Under the pieces are notes generated by a model. That model made no database searches, was not told the origin of the DNA, and worked only from the letters and a program-made list of their open reading frames with translations. The position numbers and the translations under genes are program-made. Shown here piece by piece: positions 29,234 through 37,850 of a stretch of DNA of 64,000 nt. Source of the DNA: a virus (Duplodnaviria > Caudoviricetes); IMG/VR virus record IMGVR_UViG_2871215625_000007, positions 3,472 through 67,471 of that record; one strand, given 5' to 3'. The stretch's first letter is position 1, and each line of letters begins with the position of its first letter.

Positions 29234-29720
29234 CCAATTTACACGTTAACCAATTTACACGTTAACCAATTTACACGTTAACTAATTTACACGTTAACTA
29301 ATTTACACGTTAACTGATTTACACGTTAACCTGTGGATGTGGCCAATAACTCAGTGTTTTGATGTAAAAATGGGTTACAGATAAGGTCTTTCTGATTAAT
29401 TAAACGTGTAAATCAATTAAATTTGGTTAACTGATTTACACGTTAATCCATGGATACGTCTTAAATTTAGCTTAATAACTAAGTATTTTGAGATGTAAAC
29501 GAGTTACAGACTAAAATTAGGCCGATCAATTGAACGTGTAAATCAATTAAGCTTGATTAGTTAACTGATTTACACGTTAATCCATGGATACGTCTTAAAT
29601 TTAGCTTAATAACTAAGTATTTTGAGATGTAAATGAGTTACGAGCTAAGGTCTTCCTGATCAATTGAACGTGTAAATCAATTAAGTTTGGTTAGTTAATT
29701 ATATTAACTGATTTACACGT
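29231..29720. repeat. incA-like iteron control locus: six tandem 16-mers then three ~130-bp units with inverted iterons
   Basis: TTAAC(C/T)(A/G)ATTTACACG x6 at 29231-29326; core is the reverse complement of the origin iterons. Confidence 0.85.
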
Positions 29721-30870
29721 TTAGCCAGCAATGGTACTTTTCTAATGCCTCAAGCATTTTATGATCCACATGAGTATGAATGTACGTCTTGTCTAATTTT
29801 GACAGAGCGTGGTTAAGCAGCATTTCCCCTACCATATAATCTACACCTTGATCGGCCCATACTGTACGAGCAACTTTTCTTAAATCATGCGCAGCCCAAT
29901 TCCCTTTTGATAGTGATCTAATACTTCTACTTGCAGAGCTTCCCGGTAAACACTTCCCGTCTTTCTTTGTGCTCGGGAATAAGTATTGCCCTGTGTATCC
30001 TTTTTTCTTTTGAAGTAAGCGATATTCGTTTAGTAATCGCTTTGCTTGTTCTGTCAGTGGTAAACGATGAGATGTTTTGGTCTTTGTATTGACCGCAGGA
30101 ATAAACCAATAATTATTATCAATGTCGCTCCACTTAGCTTTCCTCGTTTCACCAATCCGGGTCCCATGCAAAAGCATCATGACAATAAGGTGTTTAATTG
30201 CATAGTTTTTATCTTGAATAGTTTTAATAATTAAAGGGATATCATCAGCTCTGATGCTCGCATCTTTAGGGGTGATTTTTGCTTGTATGAAGTCAGTAAA
30301 AACTAAATCAGAAACGGGATTGTGTTCGATGTGGCGTAATAGTGCTGCTTGCTTGAATGCAACTTTTAGAACGGAAAAGATAAGCCTGACGTTTGATAGT
30401 GAGTACCTCGCTTGTAGTTCCCATATTAATTGCTCATCAATTAACGCATGATTTATATGAATGAGTTGTACTAATTTCAGCGGTGGAAGTAAGTGTTTAT
30501 CAATAACTGAGCGGCAGTTTTGTTTCCGTTCGTCTGACAACTTTCTATCTGTTGTCATTCTGTCACGATACCAGGTTAATACATCCCCACACGTTTCAAA
30601 CGTACCTATTTCAATATTGGATGAAGCGTCAATAGCTAGATCAACAAGTAATTCTGGTAATCGTCGATTAACGATTGTTGTCGTGATGTCAGGAAATCTA
30701 CCAATTTTCGGCCATTTTTGTCCTCTTCTTAAATACCAAGTCGCTTTTTCTCTATTTTTATGAAAACGAACAACTAACGGTCTTGCTGGATCTTTAATTT
30801 GTCGGATTGAAGGGTTTTTAGCGGCTCTTTTAATGGCCGCATCAGAGATAGTAACTTTGAGTGTGCTCAT
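29713..30870 (-). CDS. Tyrosine integrase/recombinase with N-terminal arm-binding-like region
   Basis: GTRIGE, NTKT, HDLRK, LLNH, KTY motifs; 385 aa. Confidence 0.9.
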   Translation of the reverse strand: MSTLKVTISDAAIKRAAKNPSIRQIKDPARPLVVRFHKNREKATWYLRRGQKWPKIGRFPDITTTIVNRRLPELLVDLAIDASSNIEIGTFETCGDVLTWYRDRMTTDRKLSDERKQNCRSVIDKHLLPPLKLVQLIHINHALIDEQLIWELQARYSLSNVRLIFSVLKVAFKQAALLRHIEHNPVSDLVFTDFIQAKITPKDASIRADDIPLIIKTIQDKNYAIKHLIVMMLLHGTRIGETRKAKWSDIDNNYWFIPAVNTKTKTSHRLPLTEQAKRLLNEYRLLQKKKGYTGQYLFPSTKKDGKCLPGSSASRSIRSLSKGNWAAHDLRKVARTVWADQGVDYMVGEMLLNHALSKLDKTYIHTHVDHKMLEALEKYHCWLNV

Positions 30871-30930
30871 TTTTATTCAGCCAAAGCCTGTTATTGATTA
30901 AAAATTACTCAATCAATGAGTTTTAAATTA

Positions 30931-30957
30931 AAAAACCTGTACAATGTACAGGTTTTT
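30931..30957. promoter_or_regulatory. Palindromic operator AAAAACCTGTACA-A-TGTACAGGTTTTT in the divergent int/early promoter region
   Basis: Perfect 13-bp arms; partial copy AAACCTGTACAATGTAC at about 35442-35458. Confidence 0.7.
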
Positions 30958-31000
30958 GATATAGTCGGTTACGTAAACAAGGAATGATGCAAACAACAAG

Positions 31001-31270
31001 GTGACGTTATCACCACGTTTAAATTCATTCGACTACAGGAAAATATTAATGAAGGCATTGAAAGTTCCAGGCACAGCAAAGCGAGCCAAAGTAGTGATAG
31101 CTTCAGCTGAGTTCTTGGATAATTACGTTATGGGTTTAACTGTAAGGCAGTTTTCTGATTTTCGTAAGGATGCACAACGCCTAGCGAATGAGCTAGGTGA
31201 TGCCATAAAGTTAACCGGCGAGAAAGTAACGGGTGAAGAAATTCAGCTTACGATTAAGCCGCAATATTGA
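31001..31270 (+). CDS. Hypothetical protein (start may be ATG 31049)
   Basis: ORF with AGGA RBS before MKALKV. Confidence 0.5.
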   Translation: MTLSPRLNSFDYRKILMKALKVPGTAKRAKVVIASAEFLDNYVMGLTVRQFSDFRKDAQRLANELGDAIKLTGEKVTGEEIQLTIKPQY

Positions 31271-31353
31271 AAGAGTGGCAGAGGTGAGGCGTATCTCCCC
31301 GACCAAAGCTTGATACGCCTCAAACGCAAATCCCATGCAAAAAGGACATAAAA

Positions 31354-31551
31354 ATGAACCAGCAACAATTAGCTCGTTATGAACATTCCGAGCGTCTTAT
31401 CGCAGCGCATATTCATTTAATGCGTAAACCACTTTCGCATTCTAAGCAGCTACAAGCAAAGCTGCAAGCCAAAGTAATGAAATTGGACGCTAAATTAGCG
31501 ACAAATCTGCATAAGCTATTCAAGTTAATCAACTCAACTGTCCAGCCGTAA
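31354..31551 (+). CDS. Hypothetical basic helical protein
   Basis: 65 aa, AAGGA RBS. Confidence 0.55.
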   Translation: MNQQQLARYEHSERLIAAHIHLMRKPLSHSKQLQAKLQAKVMKLDAKLATNLHKLFKLINSTVQP

Positions 31552-31565
31552 TAGGATCACTAAAA

Positions 31566-32768
31566 ATGACAACTCAGAAAACAGTAGCAATTGCGCTTCA
31601 GTCTGCATTAAATCCGGCACGTTTTCAGCTTGATATTGCTGCGGGTAAAACTCAAGGTACAGCACATACGGCTGTTCAAGTAGCTATCACAATGGTAAAT
31701 CAAGCGGAAGAGCTGGCTCTTGAGCAATACAATGTTGAAGTTGATGAATTCAACGCATTATGTGATCAACTTGAAGACACCGATTCAAAGTTGAATATCG
31801 CTAGTCTTGAGCTTTCACATCTAAAAAGTGAAATTGATGATATTAAGTTAGCTGCTAATCAAACTGTTCTGCAAGGCGAAAAAGACATGGCGGCAGCTAA
31901 AGTTTCTCACTCTCAAACTAAAAATATGCGTGAAGAGCTTAAAAAACTGCAAGCTATGCAACCGGAAAAGTTAAAGCTCAAAGTTTCCGAACAAAGGAAA
32001 AAACTTGATGATCGTCGTGAGCTGCTTGACTCTCAGCGTCTTAAAATTCGTGATTTGAAATCAAAGCTTACCGAGTCGGAAACAAAGCGTGTAGCTTTAG
32101 TCGGTCAAGCAACGATGCTTGAAGATGAAGTAAAGGAATTACGTTCTCGATTAATACATCACGATGGTGAAGTAGATCAAAAGGTTTACCACGGAAAAGA
32201 TGGTCTAGAAATGTACCTTTACACATTTGAATGGGGCTTAAATTTTCGACCAGCAAGTGCTGAAATCAAGATTGTTAATGATGTGACATGGCACATGGAA
32301 GTTAGAACTAACTACGGTATCTGTGTCCTAGTTAGTGTTACTGAATGGTTAGCCCCGTTTTATCCTCCATGTGATTACTTAGCAGATCGTTGGGATAGCA
32401 GTGTCCATGATGCACTTGTTGAGAAAATTACTGCGCGCATGGAGTTATCACACCCACATTTGGTTGAGCGTGTAGAGTGGGCGAAAGAAAGCTACCTTGA
32501 TGAAACCGATTTAAATGAAAAGCATGTTGCGGCCTTAAATGCAGCTGGCTTCCACTCTCTTTACAGCGTTCTGCATGTGCCACCAGCAAAACTACTGGCC
32601 CTTGTTAAAGACCAGGGAGAGAAAGACGAGTCCGTTAAAGAGAAAATCAAAGGCTTTGGTGAAGTATCAGTTAAGCAAGTTTACAGCAAGCTTCACAATA
32701 TCGTTGCTGAGTGGGAAAGCCAGCATGAAGCATGGAAGTCCGTTAAACAGGAACGTAATGTCGCTTAA
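31566..32768 (+). CDS. Coiled-coil protein with C-terminal helix-hairpin-helix-like motif
   Basis: About 150-aa heptad region; KIKGFGEVSVKQV. Confidence 0.7.
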   Translation: MTTQKTVAIALQSALNPARFQLDIAAGKTQGTAHTAVQVAITMVNQAEELALEQYNVEVDEFNALCDQLEDTDSKLNIASLELSHLKSEIDDIKLAANQTVLQGEKDMAAAKVSHSQTKNMREELKKLQAMQPEKLKLKVSEQRKKLDDRRELLDSQRLKIRDLKSKLTESETKRVALVGQATMLEDEVKELRSRLIHHDGEVDQKVYHGKDGLEMYLYTFEWGLNFRPASAEIKIVNDVTWHMEVRTNYGICVLVSVTEWLAPFYPPCDYLADRWDSSVHDALVEKITARMELSHPHLVERVEWAKESYLDETDLNEKHVAALNAAGFHSLYSVLHVPPAKLLALVKDQGEKDESVKEKIKGFGEVSVKQVYSKLHNIVAEWESQHEAWKSVKQERNVA

Positions 32769-33058
32769 TATTAACTCGACTACAGCCTGTCTGGTATAGC
32801 ATTCAAAATAAGTAACAACACCCTTAAAAATCAAGGTGATATTACAAAGTGATTAGCCGTGAAAAAATTCAGTTAATGACTGATGGTAAATATTATGCTT
32901 ATCAAAGTCGTAGTTCTAAATGGTGGGCTGGTAGGTTTCATAAAGATAGAAAAATATTTATAACAAATTGCAGGACACTACATCTTGTTAAGTTCTGCAA
33001 GAACATTAAATATTGAATTTAATTGCATTATCAGTTCACAGAGGCCCATTTGGTTACG

Positions 33059-33090
33059 GTTACTACCTTTTAAATTTAAAAGGTAGTAAC
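33059..33090. repeat. Perfect 32-bp palindrome with no spacer
   Basis: GTTACTACCTTTTAAA|TTTAAAAGGTAGTAAC. Confidence 0.9.
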
Positions 33091-33143
33091 AAAGGATCTG
33101 AGTTCTGACTCACTGAAATAATTACAACGTGGAATGGTGACAA

Positions 33144-33398
33144 ATGAGTAGTCAAACAATCGTCCCAACACCTCACGGCACAGTTGTTGTTAAGTACAAC
33201 CAATATGATTTTTTAATTGATGCCATGTCGGTGAATCTTACTTTAACACCATCGGACCTTTTTGGCTGGGGTGTATCGCAGTCCATTCCTATCAATAATA
33301 TAGATGTTGATACCGATATGAACCAATCAAGTGGCGAACTAACATTAGAATTTATTGGTAAGTGGGCAAATAACGCCATTGTTAAATTAAGGGCATAA
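33144..33398 (+). CDS. Hypothetical protein
   Basis: 84 aa followed by a hairpin (GCTGGTGG...CCACCAGC). Confidence 0.5.
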   Translation: MSSQTIVPTPHGTVVVKYNQYDFLIDAMSVNLTLTPSDLFGWGVSQSIPINNIDVDTDMNQSSGELTLEFIGKWANNAIVKLRA

Positions 33399-33457
33399 TT
33401 TTTAGCTGGTGGTTTTATTTCCACCAGCAACAACAAAATACATTTAGAGTTGATATT

Positions 33458-34285
33458 ATGGGTAGTAACGAGTCATTGATTTACGGGCAATTAAATCAAG
33501 CCACATTCACCGACTTTATTAGTCGTCTTTCAGTAGAACAAAGCGGTAACCGTCCTCACGCAACCGCTAATCCTCTTTTTTCAGTGCAAAACGAGAAGTT
33601 GGTATGGACGCGAGATAGCGAATCTTGTCACCAACTATCACGTATATTCTTTTGTGTTGATGATCATTCATCATTCGATAGCTACGAAGAAATGTTAGCC
33701 GAGATAATTAGCGATCAAGATAGCGCAGAAGTAAACATATTCACGGATCATATCAATGAAAATAATATTGATACCTCAAATTTAGAAGATATTGCAGAAG
33801 CCATTAATGTTGTATTTGATGATGAATATGACGCTTGCGTTATGTATGGCAATTACGAGTGGGAACATATAAACACTCATATCACACCAGAAGCCGCTCA
33901 CGCCTTTATTGAACGTAAGAAGCATGATTACCGTAAGTTACGTGTTTATGCTGTCAGCGCCTATTTGTGTTGGGAAATGAAAGCAATTATTGATGGTTTG
34001 GTAAATGGTTCTATTCAATATGTAGATAAGGCTATTGGCTCAGATGTGGGGAATTTGTTTTATGAGTTTGCTGATGGGTTGGTTATAGCACTATGTGAAA
34101 TCGAATCAATAGGAGGAATTGGTGGCGATCCCGCATGGTTGAAATACACGGTAAAAATGAAGCAAGGTAATACTTATGAAGTCTATGAACACCGAAAATA
34201 TATTGAGGGTAGATATAAGTTAAGAAACTTACCTAGAGAAACCCTCATTAAAATGTGGGAAGAAAGCTGCAAGGTGGTTAGATAA
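33458..34285 (+). CDS. Ead/Ea22-like phage early protein
   Basis: HATANPLFSVQ...THITPEAAHAFIERKKHDYRKLRVY..SAY. Confidence 0.65.
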   Translation: MGSNESLIYGQLNQATFTDFISRLSVEQSGNRPHATANPLFSVQNEKLVWTRDSESCHQLSRIFFCVDDHSSFDSYEEMLAEIISDQDSAEVNIFTDHINENNIDTSNLEDIAEAINVVFDDEYDACVMYGNYEWEHINTHITPEAAHAFIERKKHDYRKLRVYAVSAYLCWEMKAIIDGLVNGSIQYVDKAIGSDVGNLFYEFADGLVIALCEIESIGGIGGDPAWLKYTVKMKQGNTYEVYEHRKYIEGRYKLRNLPRETLIKMWEESCKVVR

Positions 34286-35022
34286 TGAAGTGCACACCAA
34301 TGATATTCAATACTGAAATGGTCAGCGCTTTATTGGAAGGCCACAAAATCGTTACTCGTAGACCATTGAAACCTCAGCCTACAAAAAGTGGAAGGGGTTA
34401 TATACATTGGCATAGTAATATTTACAAAACAATGGTTAATCTTGATGCTGTAAATTCACTTTCCATGCTTGAAGGTTTCCTTTCTGCTAGCGATATATGC
34501 CCAGTTGCATCAATTGGTGATCTTATTTGGGTTCGTGAGACCTTTCAGGGGCCATTATTTGATACAGAAAAAATGCCTGAATACCAAGAAAATAGCACAA
34601 AGTTTGAAACCCCTGAATATTGCATTTATGCAGCGACTGATAAAAAGCAAGAGTTCTACGACATGGATGATAATTTAATTTGTCGTTGGCGGCCATCAAT
34701 TCACATGCCAAGGTGGGCTAGCCGCATTACTTTAAAAGTAACGGATGTTCGTATTGAGCGAGTTAAAGAAATCACTGACGCTCAAGCAGAAAAAGAAGGG
34801 ATGATGACAACTGAAGCGTCTCAGAATGCTGCGATTGCTGGTGGTTTAGGTTGGTTTGAACGACCATCTGTACAATTTAAAAATTTGTGGCAACGGATAT
34901 ATGAAAACTGGGAAAGTAATCCGTACGTGTGGGTGATTGAGTTTGAAGTCATTAACCAAAATATTGATAAATATATTAGCAAGATGAACGATGACCAAAA
35001 AGAAACGTTGGCGCAAATTTAA
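34285..35022 (+). CDS. ASCH/PUA-like phage protein
   Basis: PMIFNTEMVSALLEGHKIVTRR, GDLIWVRETF, WRPSIHMPRWASRI, NPYVWVIEF. Confidence 0.8.
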   Translation: MKCTPMIFNTEMVSALLEGHKIVTRRPLKPQPTKSGRGYIHWHSNIYKTMVNLDAVNSLSMLEGFLSASDICPVASIGDLIWVRETFQGPLFDTEKMPEYQENSTKFETPEYCIYAATDKKQEFYDMDDNLICRWRPSIHMPRWASRITLKVTDVRIERVKEITDAQAEKEGMMTTEASQNAAIAGGLGWFERPSVQFKNLWQRIYENWESNPYVWVIEFEVINQNIDKYISKMNDDQKETLAQI

Positions 35023-35329
35023 CATTAACGGGATGGAGGTCGGGATTGCTGCAATAATTCAAGACTATCAGCCTTGCGTGCAAGTTACAGTGATATTTGG
35101 CTCTGAGAACCCAGTAGCTTCGATTTCACGCTACTGGGATATGAAGAGCTTATATTCAGCGCAAAACTTTATAGATAGCGCTACTGATGCTGATATGCGC
35201 CGTGCAATTAACAACATGCAGCTAGACATTATAGCTGCACAAAAAGTACAGCATTTATTGATTAAGTATAACAACGTAACGCCTGAGCCAGAATGGAAAC
35301 GTTATGCCAAACAAATAAAAGGTTTGTAG
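34991..35329 (+). CDS. Hypothetical protein
   Basis: 112 aa overlapping the previous gene. Confidence 0.5.
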   Translation: MTKKKRWRKFNINGMEVGIAAIIQDYQPCVQVTVIFGSENPVASISRYWDMKSLYSAQNFIDSATDADMRRAINNMQLDIIAAQKVQHLLIKYNNVTPEPEWKRYAKQIKGL

Positions 35330-35462
35330 CATTCAATTAGATGATTTGTTATTAAATAATGGTGACATAACAGACCATTTTTAGTATCTAATCATATTTC
35401 GGCGGTACATCTGTACCGCCTTTATTTTTTTGTGGTTATAGAAACCTGTACAATGTACCTGA

Positions 35463-35741
35463 ATGTTCGGTAAAGTAACGGAAAACTACAGGAACCGACA
35501 GATGACTAACAATCAAAAACTAAAAATTATTCAAAGACACTTCAAGCTAAAGGGTGAAAAGGTAATTGAGATTTGCCTCTCAGATAGTATCTATACTGTT
35601 TATAGCTGGCGATCAAGTCCTAGTACAAATCGATATAGAGCAATGCCGTCCGCGAAGTATAAGTTGTTGGTTTTATGGTTGATCGATAAAGGGTTAGTTG
35701 CTAGCGAAGAAGAGTTAAATACCATTTTAGAAGAGGCTTAA
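35463..35741 (+). CDS. Small HTH-like regulator (start probably ATG 35502)
   Basis: SIYTVYSWRS..RAMP pattern; operator-like sequence upstream. Confidence 0.55.
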   Translation: MFGKVTENYRNRQMTNNQKLKIIQRHFKLKGEKVIEICLSDSIYTVYSWRSSPSTNRYRAMPSAKYKLLVLWLIDKGLVASEEELNTILEEA

Positions 35742-35831
35742 TGCCTCTTTTTTATTAAGAAGCATTAAATTGATACTTATTAACTTTCAAATCACTACCA
35801 ATTAGATATTTGTTAGATATTCGCTAGGTAT

Positions 35832-36377
35832 CTAATTACTGCTTGTTTTTATCTTAATAGCTCTACTCAACAAAGCCAAGGCTGAACCATCTTTGATCAT
35901 CTTAGCGTCAGCTCTGATAACAAGCCATCCAAGTAAAGCCGCCTCAGTATACTTAATGCAGTCCTCATGAAATCCGGTTGGCGTTAAATGCCGTGATTTT
36001 TGTGTAATACGACTACCCGATGTAGTATCAAAACGTTTTTGTCCGTGAGTGTAGGTGCCACCCTCAACCTCTACTGCAATAAGAAGTTCTTTCCATGCGA
36101 AATCAAACCTCCATCGTCTAGTTGGGTGAAAACGAATTTCATTTTTCCCCCAACTAGGCGTGGGAAGTCCTGCTGTCACGATCTGTATTGCAAATGATTG
36201 CTCCAGGCTAGATGGTTCACCTCTTCCTCCACGTTTAGCTGGAATACATTGCAAGGGTTTTCCATCGGTTATTTTTGTTTTTTTAGTATTGCTATACTTT
36301 TTCAGAGATTGAGTTGCAATAGGATTTCCTGCTTTTGCTATTTTTTCCAATTCCAACTCATTCATAACATTCTTCAT
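35832..36377 (-). CDS. PD-(D/E)XK endonuclease (Vsr/DUF559-like)
   Basis: RFHPTRRWRFDFAW..IAVEVEGG...DCIKY..A..LGW. Confidence 0.8.
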   Translation of the reverse strand: MKNVMNELELEKIAKAGNPIATQSLKKYSNTKKTKITDGKPLQCIPAKRGGRGEPSSLEQSFAIQIVTAGLPTPSWGKNEIRFHPTRRWRFDFAWKELLIAVEVEGGTYTHGQKRFDTTSGSRITQKSRHLTPTGFHEDCIKYTEAALLGWLVIRADAKMIKDGSALALLSRAIKIKTSSN

Positions 36378-36391
36378 CCTGCTATTACTAT

Positions 36392-36931
36392 CTACAAATA
36401 GGTGCTAATTGGTTTGAGTGCAAAACCAGCCATTTCTAGCAATAAACGTAAGCTCGAATAATCAATACGCCGTGAGTCACCGTCTTGAGCAATCCAATAA
36501 CGCACACCACGCGCACTTCGTCCTATAACCCTACCAATGCGCTCACCTGATATTTCACTGCCCGTAAGACTCCCTGAGCGCAATAAAATGGATGCCTTTA
36601 ACCCTTTAATCATATGTGTTGTTGGTGCTTTCCAACGTTTGCACGGTATTTCTTCTGGCATTGACCATAGCATCCAGCAACGAATGTCATGCTCTTCACG
36701 ATCAACATTCCATTGGATATGTTTACCGGTATTAAATTTTGCTGGTGGTACAGATTCTGGATTAGCTGAGTGAACAAAGACAAAACCTGTTTTATCCATC
36801 ATTTTTTTACATAACTTAAAATACATTTGTTCTGCTCGGACTGGATCATCGGTATCAGTAAATTCTACCCATTCGTCGTGTTTTTCTAGTAAGGCATCTT
36901 GACTCCAAAATACTTGGTATAGCTTCCCCAT
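36392..36931 (-). CDS. Repressor with C-terminal KorC-like HTH
   Basis: SGERIGRVIGRSARGVRYW...IDYSSLRLLLEMAG resembles KorC; operator directly upstream. Confidence 0.65.
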   Translation of the reverse strand: MGKLYQVFWSQDALLEKHDEWVEFTDTDDPVRAEQMYFKLCKKMMDKTGFVFVHSANPESVPPAKFNTGKHIQWNVDREEHDIRCWMLWSMPEEIPCKRWKAPTTHMIKGLKASILLRSGSLTGSEISGERIGRVIGRSARGVRYWIAQDGDSRRIDYSSLRLLLEMAGFALKPISTYL

Positions 36932-36954
36932 ATTATCTCCTTTTCCTTTAATTA

Positions 36955-36971
36955 TAGGCGCAATGTTCCTA
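36955..36971. promoter_or_regulatory. KorC-like operator TAGGCGCAATGTTCCTA overlapping a TATAAT -10 box
   Basis: About 24 bp upstream of the repressor start. Confidence 0.7.
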
Positions 36972-37178
36972 ATATAAAAATCATCGATTAAACGACCTAT
37001 TATCTAAACGGCTTTTATTGAATTAAATAAAACCTATTCCCTCTTATTATTTATATTTAGATCTTTTAAAGAAGGGATATAGTATAGATATAATATGGTT
37101 ATAATATAGATAACGGAAAAATTGAAAATAGTGATATTGGATTTATATTGTTATTTTTCAATATGTTATTTTATTTGT

Positions 37179-37305
37179 GTATCTCAAATTACTGTTTGTA
37201 TGTATCTCAAATTACTGAAACCCGTATCTCAAATTACTGAAACCCGTATCTCAAATTACTGAAACCCGTATCTCAAATTACTGAAACCCGTATCTCAAAT
37301 TACTG
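37179..37305. repeat. Origin 2 iterons: GTATCTCAAATTACTG x6 at 22-23 bp period, next to an AT-rich tract (about 37010-37175)
   Basis: Copies at 37179, 37202, 37224, 37246, 37268, 37290. Confidence 0.92.
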
Positions 37306-37447
37306 AAAAAAACACTATTAAAATACTGTTTATACATGGTTATACCACTGGTTATTAACATACTTATTAACAGGTGTTTATGGGTGGACGTTAAACTACA
37401 GATACAAAAAAACCGCCTCGATGGGCGGCGTTTTTGTATCTGCAATC

Positions 37448-37795
37448 CTATGTCTTACGTAGTAACTGATGCCGAACTGAAAAGTAGGCCCCTGTCGCTA
37501 TTGCAAGAATAATCAGTGATTCTTCTTGTCCCCATAATGCTAATGAAATCATATTAATGATAGCAACACTAAATGTTAGTTGTGGATTTCTTAAAACGGC
37601 TCTGTAACGTGATCTTACCGTTTCACTTAGATGACTAAGGCTTGAGTGTAGTTTTGCACTCAAAATTAGTGACATGATGCTTCTAGAAACTATAACCGTA
37701 GTTGCAATAATCGTTAGCCAATTAATTCCGTACTTTATCCCAATCCAGCCAATGACAAGAGGGAGTACGTTAAATAAGGTGAAATTTTTATTCAT
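37448..37795 (-). CDS. Small multi-pass membrane protein
   Basis: 115 aa with about four hydrophobic segments; flanked by hairpins. Confidence 0.6.
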   Translation of the reverse strand: MNKNFTLFNVLPLVIGWIGIKYGINWLTIIATTVIVSRSIMSLILSAKLHSSLSHLSETVRSRYRAVLRNPQLTFSVAIINMISLALWGQEESLIILAIATGAYFSVRHQLLRKT

Positions 37796-37850
37796 TGGTT
37801 AGGCTCAATAAAAACGCCCCATTGAGGAGCGTTTAAGTGTATTTGGTTTT

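Noticed and set aside
29231-29720. Repeat array as a CRISPR or ncRNA array
   Set aside because: The repeat core matches the origin iterons upstream of rep, and the intervening sequences are themselves duplicated.
37179-37305. Repeat array as a CRISPR
   Set aside because: Spacers are only 6-7 bp and mostly identical, there are no cas genes, and it sits next to a TrfA-like gene and an AT-rich tract, so these are iterons.
37320-37345. LexA box near origin 2
   Set aside because: CTGT is present but there is no ACAG at the N8 position.
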